DNA from: Candidatus Hadarchaeota archaeon
GTDB lineage: Archaea > CAYQAE01 > CAYVLA01
Direction: 5' to 3'
Length of the DNA: 64,000 nucleotides
NCBI GenBank assembly: GCA_964621445.1
Contig: CAZUNO010000003.1
Location: 32,001 to 96,000 of the forward strand
The first letter of the stretch is position 1. Each line of letters starts with the position of its first letter. Below, one piece after another: positions 38,746-48,694 of the stretch. The translations under genes and the position numbers were made by a program. The notes beneath the pieces are model-generated. The model saw only the letters and a program-made list of their open reading frames with translations, made no database searches and had not been told where the DNA came from.

Positions 38746-39624
38746 ATGGGTAACAAAGACGACCAGGCAATGGATAGTCTCCTTCAGGCACAACAAAACG
38801 AGATCACCGAGTACGAGGTCTACAACCGGATACAGGACCAGATAACTGACGCCCATAACAAGAACGTAGTAAAAAGGATAGCCGATGAGGAGCTATCGCA
38901 TTATCAATTTTTCAAAGAGCACACCGGAAAAGAACTTGAACCATCTAAGTTTCAAATAATGAAGTTCGTTATCCTGTCCAAGATCTTTGGCATAACCTTC
39001 TCGATAAAATTAATGGAAAGAGGGGAAAAGGATGCTCAGGATTTTTATCAAGATCTGATAGATACCGTACCTGAGATCGAGGAGATTTTATCTGATGAAT
39101 ATAGCCATGAAAAGCAGCTCGTTGACCTCCTAGATGAGGAACGTCTCCGGTACACGGGGTCTATTGTCCTCGGTCTTAACGATGCACTGGTTGAACTCAC
39201 GGGAGCGCTTTCGGGTCTCACTCTGGCACTACAGAAGCCAAATCTAGTGGCCGTTACTGGTTTGGTAACCGGGGTTGCAGCGGCACTATCCATGGGGGCT
39301 TCCGAGTATCTATCCACCAAGTCCGTCCCTAACGACACAAAGGACCCCTTTCGAGCCTCGCTTTACACCGGGACTGTCTACATACTAACGGTATTTCTAC
39401 TGGTAGCTCCTTATCTGGCCTTCTCAAACGTATATTATGCCCTTGGCATCACTCTCGTGTGTGCCATCCTGGTTATCCTGATATTTTCCTTTTACATATC
39501 AGTGGCCCAAGATGCCTCCTTCAAAAGGAGATTTGGCGAGATGGCAGGACTAAGTATGGGCGTAGCTGCCCTTTCCTTCATTATAGGTTTCATCATACGG
39601 ACCTTCCTAGGAGTCGATGTGTGA
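38746..39624 (+). CDS. VIT1/CCC1 transporter with N-terminal ferritin/rubrerythrin-like domain
   Basis: QQNEITE..VY, IADEELSH, MERGE, DEYSHE; VLGLNDALVELTGAL, ALSMGASEYLS. Confidence 0.88.
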   Translation: MGNKDDQAMDSLLQAQQNEITEYEVYNRIQDQITDAHNKNVVKRIADEELSHYQFFKEHTGKELEPSKFQIMKFVILSKIFGITFSIKLMERGEKDAQDFYQDLIDTVPEIEEILSDEYSHEKQLVDLLDEERLRYTGSIVLGLNDALVELTGALSGLTLALQKPNLVAVTGLVTGVAAALSMGASEYLSTKSVPNDTKDPFRASLYTGTVYILTVFLLVAPYLAFSNVYYALGITLVCAILVILIFSFYISVAQDASFKRRFGEMAGLSMGVAALSFIIGFIIRTFLGVDV

Positions 39625-39683
39625 AGGGCATTCTAGGAATGACAGGAAAAGAAATTAAGGTGCCCGGTAAATATTATCTTCAA

Positions 39684-40163
39684 ATGAATGATAAAGAAAC
39701 TCTGGTCATATTTTTACTCATCTGTCTCATCGCCTGGTGTGGATGTATTGGCAGCAAGGAAATAACCTTGAGCAACATCACGCTGTTATCGGAGTTCAAT
39801 GGCCCAGGAAACTACACCGTACTCCAATCAGATGTCCTGGGCGATGCCCAAAATGTGATATTTTACGTGGAGACTACCAACTTCAAGACCCAAAAGGATG
39901 ACGGCCAGTACGAGTTCTGGGTGAGTATGGACATAACTATCGGTGGGCCGGAAGGGGAAATATACGTAGAGAAGCTAAACGATAGGGAGATCCACATAAA
40001 AAATGCCACCAGCAAGCCCACAATGGTATATTACAAGTACCCCTGGAACACGGCGAATCTGGTTCAAAGCGGGGAATACTGGGTCAAGATCGCGGCCACG
40101 GATAAATTGTCCGGGAATATCGTGGAAATGGAGCGCAAATTCCAGGTTGATCTCAATAAATAG
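39684..40163 (+). CDS. Hypothetical lipoprotein with beta-sandwich-like domain
   Basis: Hydrophobic N-terminus ending CGCIG; GEYWVKI.ATDKLSG. Start uncertain. Confidence 0.6.
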   Translation: MNDKETLVIFLLICLIAWCGCIGSKEITLSNITLLSEFNGPGNYTVLQSDVLGDAQNVIFYVETTNFKTQKDDGQYEFWVSMDITIGGPEGEIYVEKLNDREIHIKNATSKPTMVYYKYPWNTANLVQSGEYWVKIAATDKLSGNIVEMERKFQVDLNK

Positions 40164-40239
40164 ACGCCATCGAGTTCGTCCCCGGCATTGAGAAAAGATT
40201 GTTAAGTCAATCTTAGACCATTTTATGGAGTGAGCTTCG

Positions 40240-40812
40240 TTGGCAGATATCACTGAGATTCGCTGGCACGGAAGAGGCGGTCAAGGGGTAAAGACCGCCG
40301 CCGAAGTTCTGGCCGAAGCCGCCATTAGGGACGGGAAATACGTCCAATCGTTCCCTGAATACGGCCCGGAAAGAATGGGAGCACCCGTGCTTGCGTTCAA
40401 TAGGTTATCAAACGAAAGAATAGACCTTCACAGCAATGTTTATACCCCAAACCATGTGGTCGTCCTCGACCCCACATTGATGGAAAGCATGGACGTAAGC
40501 GAAGGTCTGGACGAGAAAGGCCTGCTTCTTGTTAATACCGAATTGGATTCAGAGGAAATCCGGAAGAAGACCGGTTTCCAGGGAGATATCCGAACGGTGA
40601 ACGCCACAAAGATAGCGAGGGAGGAAATTGGTCGTCCGATAGCTAACACCACAACCCTCGGTGCCTTCGTGGCTGCTACGGAACTAACTGGCCTGGACCG
40701 CATAAAGGACGCGGTTCGGGAACACCTTGGATCCAAGCTCGGTGAAAAGGTAATCGAGGCTAACATGAAAGCACTGGAGAGAGCCTACAAGGAGGCAAAG
40801 GAGAATGAGTGA
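40240..40812 (+). CDS. porC: Pyruvate:ferredoxin oxidoreductase gamma subunit
   Basis: EIRWHGRGGQG, FPEYGPERMGAP. Confidence 0.92.
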   Translation: MADITEIRWHGRGGQGVKTAAEVLAEAAIRDGKYVQSFPEYGPERMGAPVLAFNRLSNERIDLHSNVYTPNHVVVLDPTLMESMDVSEGLDEKGLLLVNTELDSEEIRKKTGFQGDIRTVNATKIAREEIGRPIANTTTLGAFVAATELTGLDRIKDAVREHLGSKLGEKVIEANMKALERAYKEAKENE

Positions 40813-41086
40813 GAAACCAGGATGGAAAGAAATACCTCCGGCAGGACTAATACTGAAGGCCGGTAACGCCGAGGAGTACAAGACAGGAGATTGGCGTACA
40901 GAGAGGCCTGTGATCGATAAGGAGAAGTGCACGAACTGCCTGATCTGTTGGATAAGCTGCCCGGACACGGCCATCATAGTGGAAGATGGCGAGTTCAAGG
41001 GATTTGACCTCGATCACTGCAAGGGATGCGGAATATGTGCAAACGTATGCCCCAAAAAGGCCATTCATATGGAATCTGAGGAGTGA
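40805..41086 (+). CDS. porD: Pyruvate:ferredoxin oxidoreductase delta subunit
   Basis: YKTGDWR..RP, CTNCLICWISCP, CKGCGICANVCP. Confidence 0.92.
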   Translation: MSEKPGWKEIPPAGLILKAGNAEEYKTGDWRTERPVIDKEKCTNCLICWISCPDTAIIVEDGEFKGFDLDHCKGCGICANVCPKKAIHMESEE

Positions 41087-42273
41087 TGAATTTGAGCAAA
41101 TCAATGCCACTAAACGGTGATGATGCTGGCGCCTTTGCCATGAAACAGATAGATCCAGATGTGGTAGCGGCTTACCCCATAACGCCCCAAACTGAATTGA
41201 TGCAAAATTTTGCCCAATACCACTCAGATGGCAAGGTGCGAACGGAATTGATAACCGTGGAGTCCGAGCATAGCGCTATGAGCGCTTGTGTTGGAGCCTC
41301 CTCGGCTGGGGGCCGGGTGATGACCGCCACATCCTCACAGGGTCTTGCTCTGATGTGGGAGATACTCTACATAGCCGCTTCCTACCGGCTTCCCATCGCC
41401 ATGAATGTTGTGAACAGGGCCCTTTCCGGACCCATAAATATCCACTGCGATCATTCCGACTCCATGGGAACCAGGGACACGGGGTGGATACAGATCTACG
41501 GCGAAAACCCCCAGGAAGTCTACGACAATACCATTCAGGCAATAAGAATAGCCGAGCACGATGAACTCAGACTTCCCACCATGTGCATGCAGGACGGTTT
41601 CATAACCTCCCATGCCGTGGAGAGGGTTGATCTTCTTGATGACCAGGTTATCCAGGATTTCATAGGAGAATTTTCGCCCAAATATCCGCTACTGGACATA
41701 GACAGCCCGGTAACATACGGTCCATTGGACCTTTATGACTATTTCTTTGAACACAAGATGCAGCAGATCGATGCCATGTCCAAGGCAGAAGCGGTGGTCA
41801 GGGAGATAGGGAAGGAATACGAGAAGATAAGCGGCCGTTCCTATCAGATGCTTGAGCCATATGGACTGGAGGATGCAGAACTAGTCACAGTGGTTCTAGG
41901 CAGCACCTCGGGTACCGCACGGGAAGCCGTCAAGGACCTGAGGGAGGAAGGAAAAAAAGTCGGAATGATCAAGATCAGATGCTTCCGACCATTCCCCAAG
42001 GACGAGCTCCTTGACCTATTGAGAGACGTAAACGTAGTTGCCACCCTTGACAGGTCCGATGGGATGGGCGCATATGGATCTCCCGTTTTCAATGAGGTAA
42101 GAAATGCCCTTTACGACGAGGAACAATCGCCGGAAGTTGTTGACTACGTCTATGGCCTGGGAGGCCGGGACATAGGCAAGAAGGACATAGCAAAGGTGTA
42201 TTCCGAGCTGGAGAAGATCGATTCAACCGGAGAGATCGAGAGACGCATTAACTATCTTGGAGTGAGGGAATAG
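41083..42273 (+). CDS. porA: Pyruvate:ferredoxin oxidoreductase alpha subunit
   Basis: AAYPITPQT, VESEHSAMS, TATSSQG, YGLGGRD. Confidence 0.92.
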   Translation: MMNLSKSMPLNGDDAGAFAMKQIDPDVVAAYPITPQTELMQNFAQYHSDGKVRTELITVESEHSAMSACVGASSAGGRVMTATSSQGLALMWEILYIAASYRLPIAMNVVNRALSGPINIHCDHSDSMGTRDTGWIQIYGENPQEVYDNTIQAIRIAEHDELRLPTMCMQDGFITSHAVERVDLLDDQVIQDFIGEFSPKYPLLDIDSPVTYGPLDLYDYFFEHKMQQIDAMSKAEAVVREIGKEYEKISGRSYQMLEPYGLEDAELVTVVLGSTSGTAREAVKDLREEGKKVGMIKIRCFRPFPKDELLDLLRDVNVVATLDRSDGMGAYGSPVFNEVRNALYDEEQSPEVVDYVYGLGGRDIGKKDIAKVYSELEKIDSTGEIERRINYLGVRE

Positions 42274-42284
42274 GAGGAATCTAA

Positions 42285-43235
42285 ATGCCGAGTCTAAAAG
42301 AACTATCAAAGAGGGAAGAACGACTTTCATCTGGACACCGACTATGCGCGGGATGCGGAGCCTCCGTGGCGGTAAGGCAGGTCCTAATGTCCACGGAAAT
42401 GCCCATCGTGGCCTGCGCGGCAACCGGATGCTTGGAGGTAGCGACCACCATATATCCATTCACGGCCTGGAAGATTCCCTTTATACACAATGCTTTCGAG
42501 AATTCTGCAGCCACCATTAGCGGCGTGGAAAGCATGTACCGTGCCCTTAAGAAAAGGGGAAGGCTGGACGAGGATCGAGACATCAAGTTCATCGCCTTCG
42601 GTGGAGATGGCGGAACTTACGACATCGGTCTCCAGTCATTATCCGGTGCCCTTGAGCGGGGGCATGATTTCACCTACGTTTGCTATGACAACGAGGCCTA
42701 CATGAATACCGGAATACAGAGAAGCAGCGCAACTCCGATTGGAGCCCACACCACAACGAGTCCTTGCGGTGACGAGATACCCGGCAAGAGGAGACACCGT
42801 AAGAACCTTACCCAGATAGTCGCCGCCCATGACGTGCCATACGCAGCCCAATCAACGCCAGCCCATTACATGGACCTGATACGGAAGGCGAAGAAGGCCA
42901 TAGAGACGAATGGACCCACCTTTCTGAACGTCCTATCCCCCTGCCCCAGAGGATGGAGGACGAAGGGAAGCGACTTCTCCACGATTGGCAAGGGAGCAGT
43001 TGAAACCTGTCTATGGCCTCTATACGAGGTCGTGGATGGAAAATACGTGTTGAATGGTATCACCAAGCGTATTGCTCAGGGTAAGAGAGACAAGAAACCG
43101 ATCGATGACTGGCTAAAGACGCAGGGAAGGTTCAAGCACCTTTTCAAGGACGAGAAGGGTAAAAAGGTCATTGAAGCCGCCCAGGCCAGGATAGATAAGG
43201 ATTGGGAGAAGCTCAAGGCCTACGCGTCTATTTAG
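42285..43235 (+). CDS. porB: Pyruvate:ferredoxin oxidoreductase beta subunit
   Basis: GHRLCAGCG, ATGCLEV, GGDGGTYDIG, DNEAYMNTG, PCPRGW. Confidence 0.92.
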   Translation: MPSLKELSKREERLSSGHRLCAGCGASVAVRQVLMSTEMPIVACAATGCLEVATTIYPFTAWKIPFIHNAFENSAATISGVESMYRALKKRGRLDEDRDIKFIAFGGDGGTYDIGLQSLSGALERGHDFTYVCYDNEAYMNTGIQRSSATPIGAHTTTSPCGDEIPGKRRHRKNLTQIVAAHDVPYAAQSTPAHYMDLIRKAKKAIETNGPTFLNVLSPCPRGWRTKGSDFSTIGKGAVETCLWPLYEVVDGKYVLNGITKRIAQGKRDKKPIDDWLKTQGRFKHLFKDEKGKKVIEAAQARIDKDWEKLKAYASI

Positions 43236-43256
43236 TGACGGACAGAGGGCTGAGAA

Positions 43257-43586
43257 GTGGTTCTGGATATCTATTCCAAGGCACTAATCCTGGTAAACTT
43301 CTCGGTCCTTCTTTTTCTCCAAAGGTATTTTGATGTTCAGCTAATGATTGTTCCATTCGGGATACTTCTTGTTCTTCAATGGATCTGGATCTACAAGCTA
43401 CTGGAACCGCGGGGGTTCACCATTCCCGCCATTATCTCCTTTGTCTCTGCCGGCGCCCTGTACATACCAAACATCTCGATCCGGATAATCGGCCTTGCAG
43501 TCGTCATTCCTGCCATAGCGGTGGCAATGCGTCATCTCATTAAGCCAGAGAATAAGCAGGGGGCTAAGAACCCGGCCCGGATTTAG
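43257..43586 (+). CDS. Hypothetical membrane protein
   Basis: Four hydrophobic segments; GAGGG RBS-like sequence. Confidence 0.55.
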   Translation: MVLDIYSKALILVNFSVLLFLQRYFDVQLMIVPFGILLVLQWIWIYKLLEPRGFTIPAIISFVSAGALYIPNISIRIIGLAVVIPAIAVAMRHLIKPENKQGAKNPARI

Positions 43587-43595
43587 CCGGTCGGG
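43571..43595 (+). terminator. GC-rich hairpin at the end of the por operon
   Basis: CCCGGCCCGG-ATTTAG-CCGGTCGGG spans the stop codon of the last ORF; no long T tract. Confidence 0.3.
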
Positions 43596-43655
43596 GACAA
43601 AACCGCTAGAACCAATTTATTAGATCTCTTCACCGATCTCCTACCGTGAACACAC

Positions 43656-44699
43656 TTGAGACTTCCTCCATTGGTCACTAATTTAATTGGGAGTTTCCCC
43701 CTGAGAAACACAAGGGAGAATTTCAGGGCCATACTAGATGACCAGGTAGAAGCAGGGCTCGATTTCGTTAGCTATCCCCAATTACTGGATATGAACTCCA
43801 TGTTCTTGGACCCTCTGGTGGACGAATCGACGGTCACTAAGGAGGACTCAAAATATATCATTAACGAGGACTTTAATCCCACTGTCACCAAAGAGGTGCG
43901 AAAATGGGCGGAAGAATCCCATGCCTACCTTCGAAAGAAGAAAGGAAGGATACCTCTCCGCTCCTGCGTTACTGGACCATTTACCCTTGCCAGCAATATC
44001 CGGGTCAAAGGTATGGAGGCCAAGCCATTTCCTCGCGGATACGCGGAGATAATCTCCGAACGACCCTGGGTCCTCGAAAAGCTCACCAAGTATGTGAAGA
44101 AGATCTGTAGACATTACTCAGTTACTAGCTCAATGATCAGCATAGACGAGCCCTTTCTCTCAATACTGGTTGGGAAGAGAAGAAACCTCCTGGAAATGGA
44201 GATGAGCCGGTCGGAGGCCTACGAAGTTGTGGTGGAGGTACTGGACACCGCTATTGGCGGCATAAAATCGATATCTGCTTTGCACGTTTGCGGCAGGATC
44301 GGGAGGAGGCTTTCCGAAATGCTCATGAACACCGATGCGCAAATAATGAGCCACGAATTCAGCTCTATTCCCGAGAACTTTGAATCCTACCCAAATGAGA
44401 AGGTGGAGGAGTATTCCAAGGTGATCTGCTGCGGGATTGTCACCACCACCCCAACCGAGGACGAGTCACGGGTTGAACCCGTGGAGTTGGTTAAGAAGCG
44501 GATGATGACGGCCATTGATCACTATTCCAAGGATCTGGTCCTTTTCTCACCAGACTGCGGGTTTAGGTCTTTGAGGAACTCCGAAGGCGAGAAGGAAGGA
44601 TACCGAATCGCCATGGACAAGATAGAGACCATGGTAAGGGCCAGAGGGGAGGTCGCCGCCGCCTTGGACCTAAAGGAGGATGAAGGGGAAGTGTCTTGA
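43656..44699 (+). CDS. Core (catalytic-domain-only) methionine synthase, MetE-like
   Basis: IGSFP, DQVEAGLD, TGPFTL, IDEP, zinc ligands LHVCG / HEF / SPDCG. Confidence 0.82.
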   Translation: MRLPPLVTNLIGSFPLRNTRENFRAILDDQVEAGLDFVSYPQLLDMNSMFLDPLVDESTVTKEDSKYIINEDFNPTVTKEVRKWAEESHAYLRKKKGRIPLRSCVTGPFTLASNIRVKGMEAKPFPRGYAEIISERPWVLEKLTKYVKKICRHYSVTSSMISIDEPFLSILVGKRRNLLEMEMSRSEAYEVVVEVLDTAIGGIKSISALHVCGRIGRRLSEMLMNTDAQIMSHEFSSIPENFESYPNEKVEEYSKVICCGIVTTTPTEDESRVEPVELVKKRMMTAIDHYSKDLVLFSPDCGFRSLRNSEGEKEGYRIAMDKIETMVRARGEVAAALDLKEDEGEVS

Positions 44700-45065
44700 T
44701 TGGCCAAGGGCACCGAATGTGAATACTGCGGAGAAAGGACCTTCATGCCCTACAGGTGTCGCTATTGTAATGGCATTTTCTGCTCTGATCATCGATTACC
44801 GGAGAACCATGATTGCGTTGGTCTGAGAAGAATCAGGAACCAACCCCAATGGGAGGATTACGCGAAACAGGTGAAGAGGAGATCCTCCGTCAGCTCGGGA
44901 CCTAACCTCGGGGAGAGATGGGATCGCGAGGAGGGTGGCCTGTTTGGAAACGTGTTTGGAGGCCGCCTGAGCAGTTCAAGGGACGTGAATAGGATGAAGA
45001 AAGCACTGGTCGCAGTACTGGCTCTGTCACTTATATTTGCCATAATGATCCGCTTCGTCCTGTGA
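44700..45065 (+). CDS. AN1-type zinc finger protein with C-terminal TM helix
   Basis: CEYCG...MPYRCRYCNGIFCSDHRLPENHDC. Confidence 0.85.
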   Translation: MAKGTECEYCGERTFMPYRCRYCNGIFCSDHRLPENHDCVGLRRIRNQPQWEDYAKQVKRRSSVSSGPNLGERWDREEGGLFGNVFGGRLSSSRDVNRMKKALVAVLALSLIFAIMIRFVL

Positions 45066-45075
45066 AGGGTTTCAA

Positions 45076-45885
45076 TTGTTCTTGGCATTACTGGCATCCA
45101 TACCGGCCGTTTCCCAGGATCGGGAAATGTGCTCTCTTTACCTGGATACGGCGTATGAACTGGGAATAACAGGAGTGGAGATTAAGCTCGGGAACCACGA
45201 CCTTATCGGCCAAGACATGAAAAAATGGCTGAAGGAGGCCCTTGAGGTCTATGACTTTGATATATACACCCACCTACCCTACCTCCAGGGAGACGTCAAT
45301 CTAGCGAGTAGCAATGAACGGTTGGCCGATGAGGCGAGCTCCATTCTATTGGAGTCCATAGATTATTCGGCTGATCTTGGAGCATCGCTAGTCAATACCC
45401 ATCTGGGAGCGGGAAGAGGGGATGGCGGCTTCATCAAAAGAGCCGTGGATAGGCTGAAGGAAATAATTCCGTTGGCTGAGTGCAGGGATGTCGAAATATC
45501 AATCGAAAACCAGGAAAGTGGCTGTGACGGGATATTGAATTCTCCCCAGGATATCAAAAGGGTCCTAACATTGGAGAAGGACCTTTCCCTCACCTTCGAT
45601 GCCGGTCACGCCAAGACCCATGGGTTCGGCGTCCATGAGTTTCTTCCATCGGTTCTCCCCAGACTGCGTTACCTTCACCTACACGATAATAATGGTGGAA
45701 GGGACCAACACCTTAGCCTAGGAAATGGCAGTATAGATTTCCAGTATCTTTTCCATCAGCTAAATGAATTCAAAGCCGATCTTGTCGAAACGATGCCAGC
45801 GACGCTGGAGCTCACCTACCAAGACCTGGGTCCATCCCTTCGCTATCTTGAGGGAATTGAAAGAGGAACCATCGAATTCGCATAG
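45076..45885 (+). CDS. Sugar phosphate isomerase/epimerase (AP endonuclease 2 TIM barrel)
   Basis: THLP, IEN, FDAGHA, LHLHDNNG..DQHL.LG.GSIDF. Confidence 0.85.
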   Translation: MFLALLASIPAVSQDREMCSLYLDTAYELGITGVEIKLGNHDLIGQDMKKWLKEALEVYDFDIYTHLPYLQGDVNLASSNERLADEASSILLESIDYSADLGASLVNTHLGAGRGDGGFIKRAVDRLKEIIPLAECRDVEISIENQESGCDGILNSPQDIKRVLTLEKDLSLTFDAGHAKTHGFGVHEFLPSVLPRLRYLHLHDNNGGRDQHLSLGNGSIDFQYLFHQLNEFKADLVETMPATLELTYQDLGPSLRYLEGIERGTIEFA

Positions 45886-45895
45886 ATTGGAGGGC

Positions 45896-46510
45896 CTAGG
45901 CCATGAGATCCGCTAGAACCTCGTTCTGGGTGCTCTTGCTCATGTACAGCGAGTCCACCGTCTCACGGGCCTTTTCCTTGCTACCCAATTCAATTAGCAG
46001 CTCTATGAATTCTCTGTCCAAGCTGGAGAGAAGGTGCTCTTCCCGTTCTCTCTTTTGCTCCTCAAATGTCCCTCTACGCTCATCCAGGATGTTTTTAGCA
46101 TCCTCTCGGTAACCCATATCCTGCAGCAGGTCGATATACTCCTTGTCCAACGGGGTAAGGAATGAGTCCTGCCTTTTCTTGGCCCTTTGATAATATCCCT
46201 GGAGGAGTTCCTCGCATTCCTCCATCTGACCCTGGTCCATTAGTTCTCGGATATGTTGCCTCTCCTCGTCCCTCAACAGCCCATTTGGCTCGGACTTCAT
46301 TTCGGAGTAGGCATCGTCTATGAGGCGTCTTGCTTCATCCCGGTATTCCAATTTTAGCAGTGCCTCAATGTACTCCCTATCTATCTTGGACAGGAAGTCG
46401 CTCCTTTCTTCCTCGTTAGAACCGTTTCCATCCACTTTTTCTGCCTCCCTACCTTGGGCAATAACTTCTCTTTCACCGGTTACCTCATTTTCCTTTCCCA
46501 AGCTTATCAT
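45896..46510 (-). CDS. Hypothetical acidic protein with four ~39-aa helical repeats (paralog of 11092-11652)
   Basis: FLSKIDREYIEAL, FLTPLDKEYIDLL, LLSSLDREFIELL repeats; GAGGT RBS before ATG 46510. Confidence 0.75.
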   Translation of the reverse strand: MISLGKENEVTGEREVIAQGREAEKVDGNGSNEEERSDFLSKIDREYIEALLKLEYRDEARRLIDDAYSEMKSEPNGLLRDEERQHIRELMDQGQMEECEELLQGYYQRAKKRQDSFLTPLDKEYIDLLQDMGYREDAKNILDERRGTFEEQKREREEHLLSSLDREFIELLIELGSKEKARETVDSLYMSKSTQNEVLADLMA

Positions 46511-46556
46511 GAACATACCTCGGTGCAAACTAAAATAGGGCTTATTAATCCGTAAT

Positions 46557-46600
46557 TTAAGTTCGCTAATTACAACTTAATACTAATAATATAAATATTT
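46557..46600 (-). promoter_or_regulatory. TATA box with downstream inverted repeat
   Basis: TTTATATT box on the minus strand at about 46589-46596; TTAAGTT-N10-AACTTAA at 46557-46580. Confidence 0.5.
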
Positions 46601-46695
46601 CGGCTAATGTTTTGTGTTATTTGCATAATTCTGGTCTTTAGTTTGAAGTGGGTGCGTGCAAAGTCTATAAGAAGGCCCCTTTCCTAAATCCTTAT

Positions 46696-47598
46696 ATGCC
46701 TGGTGTAATCGGTCTTGGTGCCCTAAATATGGACAGGATAATGTTTGTTGATAAGATACCCGGACCGGATGAGGAAGGATATGTCCTCTCGGTCGAAAAC
46801 CACCCCGGAGGTTCGGCACCAAATACCATTGTGGGTCTCTCGCGCCTTGAAGTAAGAACCGGGCTCATAGGCAGAGTAGGAAACGATGTCGAGGGGGATG
46901 ACATGGTCTCCGACCTAAGGGAGGAAGGAGTGGAAACCAGGGGGATCCAAATCTGCGAAGGAAGGAGCGGAACTGCCCTTTCAATGGTCAATACCGATGG
47001 AGTAAGAGCCCTGATAATTGATCCCGGCGTTAATGACACAGTGGAGATGTCGGATATAGACATCGATTACGTGGGGGGATTCGAGTTGCTCCACCTGAGC
47101 TCCTTTATTTGTAAGAACACCGAACTCTCCTTCAGGACCCAGATAGAACTCGCTAAGAGGGTAGGTATTCCCCTCAGCCTGGATCCGGGACAGCTATACG
47201 CGGAAAGGGATCTTTCAGAACTAGAGCCGCTGATTAGCAGATGTCGGGTTATTCTACCTAACCAAGGGGAACTGGAAATGATGACCGGTGTTGGGATGGA
47301 GGAGGGAGCAGAAAAACTAATCGACATGGGGTGCGATCTAGTGGTTGTCAAGAGGGGTATGGATGGATGTTATTTGACTGATGGCGATATGGAGGAAAGG
47401 GTCCAGGCATACGGGGAGAAGGGAAAGGACACCACGGGAGCCGGGGATGCCTTTAACGCGGGCTTCATATACTCGATCATCAATGGCTTTTCCCCCGTCC
47501 AAGCGGCCGAGATGGGGACCAAGGTTGCCTGTTTCTCCGTACATGAGGCCGGTGCCCGTAAAGGTCTACCATCACTCGATCAGCTGATGTCGGACTAG
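46696..47598 (+). CDS. PfkB-family carbohydrate/nucleoside kinase
   Basis: GLGALNMD, PGGSAPN, DPG, PN..E, DTTGAGDAF. Confidence 0.9.
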   Translation: MPGVIGLGALNMDRIMFVDKIPGPDEEGYVLSVENHPGGSAPNTIVGLSRLEVRTGLIGRVGNDVEGDDMVSDLREEGVETRGIQICEGRSGTALSMVNTDGVRALIIDPGVNDTVEMSDIDIDYVGGFELLHLSSFICKNTELSFRTQIELAKRVGIPLSLDPGQLYAERDLSELEPLISRCRVILPNQGELEMMTGVGMEEGAEKLIDMGCDLVVVKRGMDGCYLTDGDMEERVQAYGEKGKDTTGAGDAFNAGFIYSIINGFSPVQAAEMGTKVACFSVHEAGARKGLPSLDQLMSD

Positions 47599-47601
47599 AT
47601 A

Positions 47602-48690
47602 TTAGCCCAGGCTCCCGATTGCCCTTCCTCTAACCTGCTTCCGGAATAACTCGCTTTCCGCGATAACCTCATCCATAGCTATCTCGGGGAGCCAGAACAG
47701 CGAAGGTGGAATCCCCTGCCCTATTGCCCCATCAAGCCCCTGGAAGACCCTTTCCCCGAGGAGGTCATCGGACCTTAGCTCGGATAGCAAAGATCGGCCC
47801 CACTTTCCAGTTGCCTCTCTCAAACCCTCGATGCCCGCTCTTTGATGCACATCCATGGCTGCGGCAGTCATCCAGCAGGTATCCGAGATTATTGCCACGT
47901 TCGAATTCCCGATTGCGTATCTATTCCCGTTAAAGGATATGGCTAGGCCGCCGGCCTTTCTGGTCCTTTCCAACATGACGCTATCCGTGATGCTATCGCC
48001 AATGACCCTAGCTTCGGGGAGCGATTTTCCCTCCAACTCCAATGCCTCGGCCAAGGCCGTAAATTTCCTCTTTCCACCGACGGGCTTTGTATGGTCTAAG
48101 AGAGGTGCAAATGATGTTTCAGGTAACTTTTCCCAGAAGAAATAATCGAGTTGTTCCTTGGCCTGGAGTTCTAGGTCATCCAACTCACCTTTCTCCCCGG
48201 CTTCAATCACCGGCATCTCAATTATTTTTGAGGTCCAATCCTTGATCAGCCGTACGTCCTTCTCCTCCACATCCTGTTTGTATGAATCTATTGGAAATCG
48301 CGTGCAGAAGTACTTACCCTTTTCCACCCCCAGCAGCACTGCTATTCTTTCCACGTACTGCTCGTAAGAGGTGGATACCAGGTAAAAGGGATCCGTCTCC
48401 TTTATGTACCTTATGGACTGTCGTGCACCTGAAATCAACTTGGTGTTGTTGGGGAGGTTAGCTACCGTCCTCAAGAAGGAGTCCTCGACCCCAAAGGCCA
48501 CCAAAAAGGGAGCTACCAGCATTAGGGTGTCCCCAGCCTCGTACCCGGGCGCCCGTTCGAAGAAGAATCGGTAGTCATCATAGGCTGATAGAACCTCGAA
48601 TAGAGCCTTTCCCTGGGGGATGCCCTTTGAGACAGAATCAAATGCGTGATCGGCCTTCACCCATGGGCCTTCGAGGTCTGACACGATCAA
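47602..48690 (-). CDS. EhaR-like HAD-superfamily protein
   Basis: DLEGPW...DHAF, LSAYDD, YEAGDTL.L..PF, STSYEQY, GDSITD, SFNGNRYA. Confidence 0.75.
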   Translation of the reverse strand: MIVSDLEGPWVKADHAFDSVSKGIPQGKALFEVLSAYDDYRFFFERAPGYEAGDTLMLVAPFLVAFGVEDSFLRTVANLPNNTKLISGARQSIRYIKETDPFYLVSTSYEQYVERIAVLLGVEKGKYFCTRFPIDSYKQDVEEKDVRLIKDWTSKIIEMPVIEAGEKGELDDLELQAKEQLDYFFWEKLPETSFAPLLDHTKPVGGKRKFTALAEALELEGKSLPEARVIGDSITDSVMLERTRKAGGLAISFNGNRYAIGNSNVAIISDTCWMTAAAMDVHQRAGIEGLREATGKWGRSLLSELRSDDLLGERVFQGLDGAIGQGIPPSLFWLPEIAMDEVIAESELFRKQVRGRAIGSLG

Positions 48691-48694
48691 TATA

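Noticed and set aside
38620-40163. Integrated element next to the 5S gene
   Set aside because: No integrase, transposase or duplicated att-like sequence seen.
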